DNA of 64,000 nt from Thalia democratica (lineage: Eukaryota). Below are positions 1 through 28,616 of this stretch, in pieces. Each line of letters begins with the position of its first letter. The first letter of the stretch is position 1. The notes under the pieces are model-generated. The model had not been told where the DNA came from. It searched no databases and saw only the letters and a list, made by a program, of their open reading frames with translations. The stretch lies in contig OZ241830.1 of NCBI GenBank assembly GCA_965202585.1, positions 73,222,001 through 73,286,000 on the forward strand, read 5' to 3'. The position numbers and the translations under genes are program-made.

Positions 1-149
1 AATATGCCTATCAATTATATTCAAAACACAACTTAGATCTTGATAAGTTTTGAGAGTTACGAAACATACAAAAAACTAATTAAATATTTTTTTGTTAAGC
101 TTTACAGCATAAAGAACATTTAGAAATCTAAGTAGTACCTATAATTTAA

Positions 150-469
150 AAGGATAGAGAACTACAAACAAGTAATATTAAAATTTATGCAAGTTCTCCA
201 ACTAGATAGAGAACTATAAACAAGTAATATTGAAAATTTTCAAATCTCGAACAGGATAGAGAACTATTCCCGGGATAGAGAACATTCTAAAAATATAAAA
301 CTTTTAGAAATTTTTGCAAACTTTTCACAGGATAGAGAACTAGAAACAAAAAAATACAAACTCTCAAACAGGATACAAAAATACATACAATATTAAAAAG
401 TTTCCAAATCTCCAACAAGATAGAGAACTATAAACAAGTAATATTGAAATTTTACAAACTTTCCAACAG
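150..469 (+). repeat. Degenerate tandem array of the exon-4 acceptor/exon start (cAG|GATAGAGAACTA) in MMP paralog A intron 3
   Basis: Copies at about 151, 204, 250, 272, 326, 366 and 416 precede the used acceptor at 468-469. Confidence 0.85.
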
Positions 470-8551
<8,082 letters not shown>

Positions 8552-10767
8552 TTTTTCTTAGTGAATTTTAATCACATTTTTTGCGTTTTTTGCCAGAGAA
8601 TTATTTTAACATGCTTTTTTAGTGAGCATATCTTCAGTACAAATTAAAGTAGTATCTAAGCAAATCAAAGAAGGAACATTGAATACTTTTTCTGGATTTT
8701 GATCATATCTCAAACCTTTTAAATACTTTAACGTTTTAGTGTAAGTTGTTTTTTTTAATATTTGAATATTAAAAAAAAAGAATCAAATTGTTTTCAAGTA
8801 CACTCATGTTTTAGTATTTTTTATGAATACTATTGTTTTGTGACAACTTCACTGACTTAAATAGATTTTGACTGCTGGATTTAAGTAATTACGTGTAACA
8901 TAAGCAATATAAAACAAATTTATAAACTTATAATTAGATGTAACTCACGGTATAAAAGTTTAGCTTTATTTTTATACTTTTTAGTTTATAGATTAGGTTT
9001 TAAATCAGTTTAAAGATCTATAAAGTACTGCTTTTATAACAAAACTTATATTAATAATTTTAATCAACGACAAAACATAGCGCTTAAAATATAAAAATTT
9101 TTGGTTCTAGGATCTGGTGTACGAAAAGCTCTTTGGGTTATCGAGTCGTACACCACTTGGATACCTTTTAATTTCTTACCGAGGGCAATAAAATTTATAA
9201 AAATAAAAAAACAAAATTTTTCTTATATGAGTTTTCTATAACTTGTGTATCTATATTTTTTAGTTTAAGTTAAGCAAGGCTCGCTCGTATCATCTTTAAC
9301 AGTTTTGTTTCACCCTTTTAAACATTTAATCAAGAAAAAGTACTTGATATGATAAAAATGATAATGCTTTACAGAGTTACTACTTTGATCTGATAAAAGT
9401 CTTGGATACATATTTTTCAACGATAGTCATTCTAAAATAAGAGGAAATTTAAGTGGTTTTTCACGACTTAAAATCTTCAAAACACAGCAACTTCTTTTTT
9501 ATTTGTTATTAAAAATTTTTTTTACATACTTTTAACAGCTTAATGAAACAGCTAAAATAAATAATGTTCTTTTTTTGAATTCAGGTTTACTTGGTCGGTG
9601 CTAAAGCTTATTGAAAAAGTGGGATATGATTTTAAATTGTCTTAGCATATCTCGAAAAATACATGTGAATTTTTACTGTTTAATAAAAAACTTTTTTTTT
9701 AGTGAATTAACTTTGTTAGTGAGTGTGTTTGTTTATTATATTAACTTAAATACTTTTGAAAATATATTCCATTTTTTTCAGAACTGGTCTTTAATTAGGA
9801 TTTTCTTGCTTAGCCAAATAAAGGAAATTTACTCTGTAATAACGATATTTTAGTCAAATATTAAACTTATTTTAATTTTTCTTAAACTAGTGCGAGAACA
9901 AAGACACAAGAAAAGGGTCCATAAAAATGTTTTTTAGCTTTCACATCTGATTAAAAAACAATTTAATTGTTTTGAATAACTAATTAGCTATAAATATAAG
10001 ATATGTTAGTTTATATAAAAAGTTTTGTTTAGAATGACATATTACAAAAAAATCCAATACTCTCTTTAGTGTTTAAACGATTTTAAAACAGCTTGCTTGC
10101 ATTTACTTATTTTATTACCAAAATCTTTTAACATTAGCTGAAGCTTTATATAAATTAATGAATACACAAAGTTCACAACATTGGAAGAGTTTAAAAACTG
10201 CTTATTTTATTATGTGACTAAAGCTTTTCTAAAAATTCAACTGTTAATAGTAGTATATAGTCCATTATAGGGTCTTATACTTTATTTAAAAAGCAGTCCT
10301 CAAAAATTTAAGAAAATTAAACAAGTAGAAATAAATTGTTTAGTAAATCATAATTAAAGTTTTCGTCTTAGATTTAACTTTGAAAAGTCTATTAAAAGCA
10401 GTTAAAATTCATATTAAAAGCGTATTGAAGGTATAAAAACACAAAGGTTTAGTAATACGAACAAAATGTTAACCGAGTTCAAAAACAAATAACTCAACAT
10501 CAATTTTTAAACTTGCTAGTAGATATACTGAGCAGTTTTAAATTGTGTACATGTAGTAATAACATTAAAAAAAAAAAAGTAAAAAAGCACAACAAATAGT
10601 AGACTTCAACAAAAAGTTTTCCAATCCAAAAAAAAAAGGTTCTTACTTTGATCTGCTTAGATTATTACTTTAATGTATAAAGATATGCTCATTTAAAAAG
10701 CGCGTTAAAATAATTTTATAGCAAAAACAAAACAGATAAAATATGATCAAAATCCACAAAAAACAAT

Positions 10768-18278
<7,511 letters not shown>

Positions 18279-18813
18279 TTTGAAGTTTTTAAAAGCGTTT
18301 TTTTTATCTATATACAAAAAAAATTAAACACCATATACATTAAATAATATAGACTAAAATAAAAACTACGAAAACAGTAATACAAAAATATTATTTTTCT
18401 TAATTAGTTCTTATATGTTGTTATGCTTTTAGCCTTCAACGTTTTAATACCGTTTTGCACAGTTAGTTTATAAAACAGCTGCATATTTTTATTTTAACTT
18501 AGAACTTATAAATGGACAGACCATTCTCTTTCGTTTGATAAGCTCAAAAAAAAGCTGAACTTTGTTTAAATCTGCATTCAAATTCTTTAAGCATCGTTTT
18601 TTTACTTAAGTGCATAATAAAACTATACAACTAGTCCGACTGGGTTGACTTTGACTTGCCTTAAGTTGCAAAAAATGTTTTCTTCGCTAATTTATAGCTC
18701 TAAATGAAAAAAAAAACTTTTTTTTGGGTTACATCATGCAGAAAGCCGTACCGTGCGCAAAACCGCCTGATATAAACTTTTGAGAAAATTTATGTATGAA
18801 TGCTACAAATGAG

Positions 18814-18867
18814 TTATGACGTCATAATGTTCGTTGAAGGCCGCAACCAACACAAGTTGCACTTCCG
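18814..18867. promoter_or_regulatory. Candidate upstream regulatory sites of MMP paralog B: CRE palindrome and ETS core
   Basis: Perfect 14-bp palindrome TTATGACGTCATAA (18814-18827) and ACTTCCG (18861-18867, CGGAAGT on minus), about 540-590 bp upstream of the ATG. Confidence 0.45.
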
Positions 18868-20015
18868 TTTCTTTGTTCTTCCCATTCGTAGTAAAACATT
18901 TAGAAAAATTTAAATAGAAATAAAAATCAAGTTTGGTGACTAAATTTAAAGTTTGCCCTAGGTTTTTTTTTGGGGATTTAATAAGTTGATAAAAAATTAA
19001 ATTAACTAGTTTATAAGTTAAATTAAATAAAAATAAACAACTTAGTCAATGAACTCTACTATCACTAAAACAAACACCAACAACTAAAAATGTAAAATGA
19101 ATATATAATTTCATGTAATCGCTATCGTTTTTTTGTTCTTAAACTGAGCGTGCAAAAAACTGCAAATAAACTTTTCGCTTGAAGAAATATAAACGTGAAA
19201 ATACTTTGGTAAAAATATTTAATTTTAATTTTTTATTAAATTAAAATTGATTTTATATTTGTACTTGTATTAGTATTCGTTCAACTTTTGTTTTTACAAA
19301 ATAATTGTAACTCAGACAACCTTAAAAAGTTGTGTAAATATTTCGCTTTCAAATTATTTTTAATAGATCAATTAGGCAGCATTTAAACACAATTAAGTAT
19401 ACTGCAAAACTTTTATTGAACTGTTCTAAAAGTTTGTTCATGACGACTTGTTCTGATTATTATTATAGGTTAAAATTTAACCAAAACTTGCTAAAAGATA
19501 AAATTAGTTTGCTTTAGGGTAACTAAAAATAGTTTGTTCATAACAATTAAACTAGATTACAAAGCTGTATAGAACTTCACTTTTAAAAATGAGCTTAAAA
19601 CTAAATTATTTACGGGCTAAATACTTTTCATCACTTGAATAAACTTTAAAATATAGAATATACGTAAACATTCAATAGCCTCCCATTTTGTTGTTAAATT
19701 GCACTTATCTAAACTAAAAATGTTAAATTTAATATTAATAAAAGAAATAAAATTAAACATTTACAATCAGTAAAAAAATTTAAGGCCCTTGAACTTTTCA
19801 AATCTTATTTAAAGGCATATAACAAATATAAAAAACTAGCTGAACATTTTTAAGTTACAGTATATTAGACTATTCTTTAATTAGTGTTCTCCGATTCATA
19901 AATTCTCATTAAACTATGAATAAGCAGTTTACATAATTTGAAAAAGTTATTGTTTCGTTTGACAATACAAATGATATATTAGCAAAGACTAAAACTTATT
20001 GTAAAACTGTGAGAA

Positions 20016-22626
20016 TGTAACCTACAGATGTAGGTACATTTAATACTAAACTTAACTTATACTAAATAATGATACTAATAATACTTAGGCTACTCTATAT
20101 AAAACTAGGCATGACATGAGTTAATATATTTTATATAAAGAACAATTGCAAACACTAACAAATATATAAAGAACATCAAATTTAGAAAACACTTTAAATG
20201 TGGTCAAAACCTTTACACAAGATTTAATCTAGCAAGAATATACTTTAAGAATGTATGAAACAAAATAAGATTTAACTACTTAGAATGTAAATAAGAAATA
20301 CTAATAAAAATAATACTAATCAAAAAATACTTTATAAAACACAAGAAAACAATATAAATGTCTATTCTTCATTATCATGTTTACTGCAGCAGGCTGTGGC
20401 TAGAATCTCCCCATCTGTCTGTTGTATCAGCTTATATATAACATTCCCTAACTCAATGTTGCATCAGGGTTTCTTGTCTGCACTTTATTCTCTCCTTTTG
20501 TCAACTGTATTAAACTTGCATCAGTATAAAACTTAACCTTGCGAGCTTTCTCTTAACGCTTGGATGAACTTTTAGCTCAAAACTTCCAACCAAATCTAAA
20601 CAGTAATCAAGTGCAACTTGATATCCTGTTACACTTCCTCTTCTCCACTGTTGAAAGAGAATCGTCACTCTACTTCTCCTCTGCCTTTTTGTTGGAAGAT
20701 AAAAAACACCCTTTCTTCATAAACAAAAAAAAATTACACATTTAAAAATTTGAATTGGTCTCAAAACTACTCATATTTCCATACAAGATTTAAAGCAAAT
20801 TAGAAAATAAAACAATTAAACTATTTTTAACAAATGGTAATTTAGTTCTTAAACTTTTATACTTGTGATAATCAAAAAAAAAAGTTAATGTGTTTCACTA
20901 GCTTAAATAATTTATTTAACTTCAAAAACAATATTAAACATGAGTCACATTCTACTATAAAGATTGCAGTATTGAAAAACAGGTAAATTACATAAATACA
21001 AAACAAACCACTCAAATGTCATGCCTATGCAAACCCCTATAATACAAACTCAAAAATTTTCAGCATGTTACTTGTCTTTGCTGTCTTAGTTATTAATAAA
21101 TATTTTCTTTTTTTATTGTGCTATTAAGGTTTAAGAGCCTTAGATATATCTAATATCACTCACTTTTAAATAAAATTGGTCACCACTTTTAAGACTTATT
21201 TAAACTTATACCTTGTTAGTTTTTTTTATTTTGACTTTTTGTACTAAAATTTGTCAGATCAACTTTGACTTTTTGGACAATAATTATGTCAGTTACATTT
21301 TGACTTTTTGTACTAAATTTTGTTAGACCTATTTTGACTGTTTGGAATAATATTTTGTCAGTTCAATTTTGACTTTTTGTTCATAATTTTGTCACAACTA
21401 CTTTGACTTTTTGGACAGTAATTTTGTCAGTGCAGTTTTGACTTTTTGTTCATAATTTTGTCACAACTACTTTGACTTTTTGGACAATAATTTTGTCAGT
21501 GCAGTTTTGACTTTTTGTTCATAATTTTGTCACAACTACTTTGACTTTTTGGACAATAATTTTGTCAGTGCAGTTTTGACTTAGTTGACTCAAAAATTAT
21601 CAGTTCTACTTTGAGTTTTTGGACTAAACTTTGTCAGTTCTACTTTGCCTTTTTGGACAATAATTTAGTCAGTTCAATTTTGACTTATTAGTTTTCCTAA
21701 CCCCCTATTCATTCTGGTTATAGGTACAAACTCAAAGGCTTTTAAATGGGCATATGGTAAATGTAAGTATTGCTTCTTAAAAATTAAATGCACAATTTGT
21801 TGTAAAATTTCTCTAAATCTACTACTAAATAAAATGCAGTATATAAAAAATATAACAAAAATATAGGAATTTGAGATAAAATTGTTATAAATACTGCTTT
21901 CAAAATAAAAGGTAATACACTAATAAAACTTATTTGGGTAAAATAGTGTCTTGGTAATATTTAACTGTTATTTAAAAGACTGGTTATTCTTTAAACGAGG
22001 ACGCCAATTGTAACCTTCATATGTAGGTACCTTTAATACTAAACTTAACTTATACTAAATAATGATACTAATAATACTTAGGCTACTCTATATAAAACTA
22101 GGCATGACATGAGTTAATATATTTTATATAAAGAACAATTGCAAACACTAACAAATATATAAAGAACATCAAATTTAGAAAACACTTTAAATGTGGTCAA
22201 AACCTTTACACAAGATTTAATCTAGCAAGAATATACTTTAAGAATGTATGAAACAAAATAAGATTTAACTACTTAGAATGTAAATAAGAAATACTAATAA
22301 AAATAATACTAATCAAAAAATACTTTATAAAACACAAGAAAACAATATAAATGTCTATTCTTCATTATCATGTTTACTGCAGCAGGCTGTGGCTAGAATC
22401 TCCCCATCTGTCTGTTGTATCAGCTTATATATAACATTCCCTAACTCAATGTTGCATCAGGGTTTCTTGTCTGCACTTTATTCTCTCCTTTTGTCAACTG
22501 TATTAAACTTGCATCAGTATAAAACTTAACCTTGCGAGCTTTCTCTTAACGCTTGGATGAACTTTTAGCTCAAAACTTCCAACCAAATCTAAACAGTAAT
22601 CAAGTGCAACTTGATATCCTGTTACA
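20016..22626 (-). mobile_element. Young non-autonomous LTR retroelement (TRIM/LARD-like; 4-bp TSD is compatible with the Gypsy group)
   Basis: Two 618-bp LTRs (20016-20633, 22009-22626) with TGTAAC/GTTACA ends and 3 differences; TSD AGAA; minus-strand PBS TGGCGTCC (21999-22006); PPT GGAGAAGAGGAAG (20634-20646); 1375-bp internal region with no ORF in the supplied track apart from one that starts in the LTR. Confidence 0.92.
21230..21690. repeat. Minisatellite of ~34-35-bp monomers with a 69-bp two-monomer higher-order repeat
   Basis: TTTTGACTTTTT(G/T)...AATTTTGTCA units; CATAATTTTGTCACAACTAC recurs at 21382, 21451 and 21520. Confidence 0.85.
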
Positions 22627-25600
22627 AGAAGATGTTTTTTTTCGTATTACGTATAAAATTTTTTTTAGGCACATTGTTATTTTTAAAAGCATATACTAGT
22701 GTAAAACTTTTTTTGAACAACAGTTTAACAATAGCTTTTATTGATTTAATTATTTTCACGATACTTTTATAAACATGTCTTGTTTTTAAGTCAAGTTTTA
22801 TTTTTAAACTTTAAAAAATTGAAATAAGTTATCAGTAACAGCCATTATAAGTAACATTAAAAATCATTAAATACTCTAAACGCTTTACCAAAACTTTATA
22901 AAGAAAGTTATTACAAAATAATATGTCTATACAAGTTTAAAAGTTATATGTAACTCCGTGTTTAATTTAATTTTGTTAGTATTATATTTTTGAAAGTTCG
23001 TATTCTGTATAACAATAATTATGAATAGGCTACAAAAATCTATGTAAATCACCTCTTTTATATGGTATAAGTTTACGTAATACTTGATATAAATTAAACT
23101 TATTTTAAGTTATTAAAACTATATCCATTTTAATCTAACTAAACTATGTAACCTATAAAATCATTTATATAAGTAAAAGAAATATTCGATATCACTACTT
23201 AAAGTTTAATAAAAGGTTTTGCTTAAGTTTGTCTTTATTTCTAACATATCAAAGAAAATTATATTGTATAAGTAAAATAAGCGGTTATATATACCTGGCA
23301 ATTTTTACACACGGTACTAAATTGAGGAAATAAAGTTTTCTAAAATAATAAAATTTTAATAGGAAACAAAATTTATATTAACAAAACCTATGGTTTTAGA
23401 AACTTAAAAATTGAAAAACTAAATTCTAAAAACTGCCCAACAATAACCAAATACTTAATCTAAAGCTTTGAATATCTAAATCTATTGTTGAACAAATTAA
23501 TTCTCTTATCTATGCTTCAGACTTGATATTAACTTAATATGTTTTTTTAAAAAATAAATATATTAATTTTCTAATAGTTTTAGTTGCGTAAACCAACAAG
23601 TAAAGCTGTTTTTCTCTTAATGAATAAACTTTTATTAAAAAGAAGTCTAAAGGCTACCTCGTCTACAATTTTTGCTTTAAAACATTTTTTTCAAAATTTT
23701 TACCTTTAAACAAAAACACAATACTATCTTTTCGTTAAAAGTACAGAATAAAGATTAGTAAGTAATTCTATGAGTCCATTTGGCCGACCTTGGTTCTCAC
23801 AACATATTGCTCCCAATGAAAAAAAAGGAAAAAAAAAATTGTTTAATAAAAACGTCGTTGTCAGATGTTTTACTTATTTATGTATAATTTTACATATAAT
23901 AATTACATATTATAATTGCACATATAAAAGTTGAATTTTTTTTCTTTTATTTGACATTACAAATTATGTATTACAAAAGACTAAGGCATATCGTTATAAA
24001 AACTGTGAGAAAATAAAGTTTTTCCTTATTACGTATCAAAATATTTTTTAGAGACATTATATAATTAAAAGCAAAGTATGACTAAACATATATTTATTTT
24101 AGGAATAGTAATTTGGCTATAATTTTAATTGCTTCAATTTTTTCCATGACAAGTTTATAGGTTTTAAAAAGCATATAGTAGCTAGTTTTATCCCAGTTTA
24201 AGTCTTTTATTTTTAACATGAAAAAAATTAAGTGTTCTTCTAAAAAATATATTATTATATTAGTTGCAGTGAAAAAATTACAACTACACATAAAGTTTAC
24301 CAATATACTATAATTAAATAGATAACAAAAAAAAAGATATTAATGCACATGTTCAGAAAATAAATATTTGCTTTAAAGTTTTTAATTTAGCTGTCTTAAT
24401 AATGGGATTCTTTGTTGATAAAATTATTTTAAAACAGCTTTATTTCTGTCAAAAGTTATTAACTAAGAGGCTACATAAAGTTTGGTAAGTTAATCAGTTT
24501 CAACAAAAAATATTACGTAATTCTTGTTATAACTAAACTTTTAAAATCGTTATTCATTGTACTTAAATAAAGCTAAACAGCCTATAACCTTAAGTTTTTT
24601 TGGTACTATAACTAGGAGATATTTCATAACATTTAGCGATTGTTTTTTTCATTTGTTAACCCAATAGCAAAAATATAACTTATACGCAAAAAATAACTGA
24701 TTATATAATAAGAATTTTTATACACATAGTACTAAATTATGCAAAATTGTTGATCGTGATATTGTTTAACATTGATTCTTACAATTATTGATTTTAAAGA
24801 ACAGCGGCAGCATGAATTCCAATTAGTTGTTCCAGTGCTAATCTACCTTGGTAGAATTTTTATCTTCGTTAGGTAAAATAACTTTTCCAGTATTTAACTG
24901 AAACTTTCAATTGTCGACAACGAGTGTTGTATACATTTTAACTGCTTTGTAAAATATAGTTAAAATGTAAAGGATAAGTACAAACATATAAGATGCTTTG
25001 ATAAAAACCATAAATCGGGTTTAATAGCAAGAATTAACAAATTATTTTCGAACTTACTTAAATTTGAGAAGTTTCTTAAGTATTTTTTATCTAATTTCTT
25101 AAAGTTTTGCTTACTTTGTTTCAAAGTAGAGATGTGTTGTTCGGTTTTAGGCTGGCCTACATATACTGCTAAAGACGAAAAAAATTTTTGATTCAGTTTT
25201 ATTTCAATTATACGCAGTGATAGATATAAAGGTCATAAATTAGGTATTCAGTTTTAAACTTTGAAAAATACTTGAGCAAAAATTATCTAAAGGCAATATG
25301 TATTATAAATAACTATAAACTGGTATGTTAAAGTTAATTGTACAATTGTTATAGAGTGTGTACTCTGAAAGTATATTAACATGCATTGGTGTTCATTTAC
25401 TATATAACACGTAAAATAAGTAAAACTTCTAACTTTAGTAGGTAAGTTATTATGGTTTGGTTGCATGACAACTCAAGTTCTTATCAAACAATTAATGCGC
25501 CATAGCTCAAAATATTCTTTAATAAATAAAAAATGAGTTTGCAGTTCTAACTAACACCTACAATTATTTTTTTTTTGCAGAAAACACTTATTAAAAAATG

Positions 25601-26170
25601 TTTATAAGATTTACCAAAAATTACTATACCTTAAATTATTTTGGTCAACCTCCAAAAATATTTAAAAATTTTCAAAGAAAAATTTTTTTTTAGTCATTTA
25701 TGAAACCTACATACGCACTTTTTGAGATGTGGCACTTTATGAAAATTAAGAGTATGAGTTGAGGAGTTTGAATATCGTGAATCCCCTATTTTATACTTCT
25801 TTTAATAAGACAAATATGTCTTACGCTGTATGAATAACAAACATTTTAATTTTTTAAGTACGTTATATTAATTAAAGCTTATTGTGAATGATAAACATGT
25901 ATTTTATATACTATCACTTATTAATGTAATATTTTAGTACAAATGTTCTTTTTTATTTTCGAATCCTTTTTCGAAGTACTTATTTTTTGACAAAATACCG
26001 TAGAAATGCTAAAATGTTTAACATAGAGAAACATGTGTTAGAGAAATACAAAAGTACTGTGCAAAAAACTTTTATGGTTTTTAATCAAGATAGCTAAGTT
26101 ATTTAAAATAAAAAGCAAGTTTAAGTCACATATAAAAAGTATTAAGTAGTTTTATATGCTTAGTTGTTTT

Positions 26171-28616
26171 GGAAGCTGATAATTACTAACCCGCGATCAT
26201 TTCTAACGCGATCATTTCTAACCCGATCACTTCTAACCCAATAATTTCTAACCCAATCGTTTCTAAACCGATCATTTCTAACCATATCACTTCTAACTCG
26301 ATTATTTCTAACCGATCGTTTCTAACCCGACCACTTGTAAACAATAACTTCTAACCCGATCATTTTCAACTTAACCAATATTAGTTTGTTTGTTTTTATG
26401 TTTTTTAATATCATGATTTAAATTTAAAAAAATACAAAACTTTACAAAGTTGTTCTTTTACTGAAGTTTAAGTTTATATTGTCTTAAACATAACAAAGTG
26501 TCTTTTTTGTTCTACTTAAAGTGTACTTTTAATATTAACTTAATTTCAACATATTACAGCTTCAAATTATTTTCTTCGTTTTGACTTTTATTTATATATC
26601 AATCTGCCAAAATCGAACTTTATTACAAAAGATTTACAAAACGAAAGTCATTCTAAATTAAGAGGAAATATAAGACATTCTTCTTAACTTTAAAATTTCA
26701 ACAAACAATTTCTTTCTTCATTACATATATTTTTTACAGAATTTGATAGCTATATGATACAGCTTAAATGAATTATGTTTTATTTTAATTCGGGTTTATT
26801 GGGTCAGTGCTAGACCTCAATAAATAAATGGGAAATTTTAGTTTCTTTTAGTCTGCGTAGCATATCTCAAAAAACAAATAATTTTTTTACTAACTTTATT
26901 TCCAGTTTTTTTTCAATGAATTATTAATAACAAGTGTTTTTGTTTTTTACATAAACTTAATGATTTTTTATATATGGGTCATTTTTGGTTTTTCCGGTTT
27001 TCGTGTTTAATTAAGGTCTCCTTGTTCAGTCAATTTTTTAATCTAAGTTCATTTACGAACAAAAATGTTTAATAAAACATTAAAAAAAAACATCTTGAAT
27101 CTTTCTTAGTTTGCGTAGCATTAAAAAAAATTAAAAACAAAATTTCTATCATTTTAAGATGTTTAACAAAAAGTTTTTAGTAATTTAAACTTTCTTAGTG
27201 TTTTTAAGACTTAGTAAGAAAACCATAAACAAAAACAAATACTGAAAAGAAATAAAAACAGCCAATATCTTATAAAATATCACGTTTATATTAAAAAAAA
27301 TACACTGACTATTAAGGTAAATTCACTGAAGAGTATTCAAAGGAAATTAAGTAAAAAAAAATATTATTTGAGATATGCTATGCAGCTAAAAAAGCCAAAA
27401 TTTTCCATTATTTATTATAATCAATTAAAACAACATAAGCACAATCTAAACAACAACAAAAAAAAAGAAGTTTTAAAAATTCCTATAGCTAAATAAAGTA
27501 TAATTAAAAGTAAATTCTTGTAAAAAAATCTTTTTTACATAGTAAATTTAGTTTTAAAAAAATTAATAGATCAACTTAAGTACTAATTTTAAGACACAAC
27601 AAAAACTTTTTAAATTTTATATAAATTTAAGTAAAAAATTTATAGAGATTAAGTAGACAATAATTAATAACCCTCGGACTTGTTATATTAACAAGCAAGT
27701 CTGTTTAAGTGGTATACCTAAATATTAAGATTTTCAGCTAAACAAAACAAAAGTATTCAAGTTCGCTTAATGTTTGTTTAAATTCCTTATCGAAAAAGAT
27801 TTGTGCAAATTGTAGATCAATTTGTGCAAGTTCTTAAGCTTTAAGTGGAAATCAACCGACTATAAAATAGTAAATTATTGGTGAACAACTATACAACGCT
27901 AGCGCTAGACTAGCATAGCATCTAGTGAGGCTAAAGAATAAAGGTCTCTATATTTAAATTTTGCATTTGTGACAGTTTAAATTATAAAATTTTCTTGCTT
28001 TTTAAATACATCTATCTAGTTACGTAAATGACAAATATATATAACTTAAAGATAGTAATAACTGCTTAGTTGATGAATCCAATTAAGAGAATTAAAAAAA
28101 AACTAAAACTATTATTTGATAAAAAAAATTAAGAAAATTATGTTTTAGTTTGGACATCATTTTGTTAACATTAGTTAGTTTCTAATAATAAATAAAAATA
28201 GAAATAAACCCAAATAACAATAAATTTTAATGACCAGGTAAGAAACGAACGGGTAAGAAATAGTCGGTTTTGATATAATCAAGTTAGAGACTATCAGGTC
28301 ATAAAAGATCGGGTTAGAAGTGATCTGGTTAGAAATGATCGGGTTAGAAGTGATCGGGTTAAAGTTATCGGGTTAGAAGTGATTGGGTTAGAAGTGATCG
28401 GGTCAGAAGTAATTGGGTTAGAAATGATCGGGTTAGAAGTGATCGGGTTAGAAGTGATTGGGTTAGAAGTGATTGCGTTAGAAATGATCATGTTAGAAAT
28501 GATCATGTTAGAAATGATCATGTTAGAAATGATCATGTTAGAAATGATCATGTTAGAAATGATCGTGTTAGAAGTGATAGTGTTAGATATAATCCTGTTC
28601 GAAATGACAGTGAACC
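26171..28616. mobile_element. Foldback/MULE-like element with inverted subterminal 15-bp minisatellite arrays
   Basis: TTCTAACCCGATCAC-type array at ~26180-26370 and its reverse complement at ~28240-28610; degenerate GG...CC termini; 7/9-matching flanks AGTTGTTTT / AATTATTTT. Confidence 0.55.

Noticed and set aside
21230-28610. CRISPR-like or telomeric interpretation of the repeat arrays
   Set aside because: Head-to-tail units without unique spacers, in a eukaryotic context with no cas genes; GGTTAG is embedded in a 15-mer, not a TTAGGG tract.
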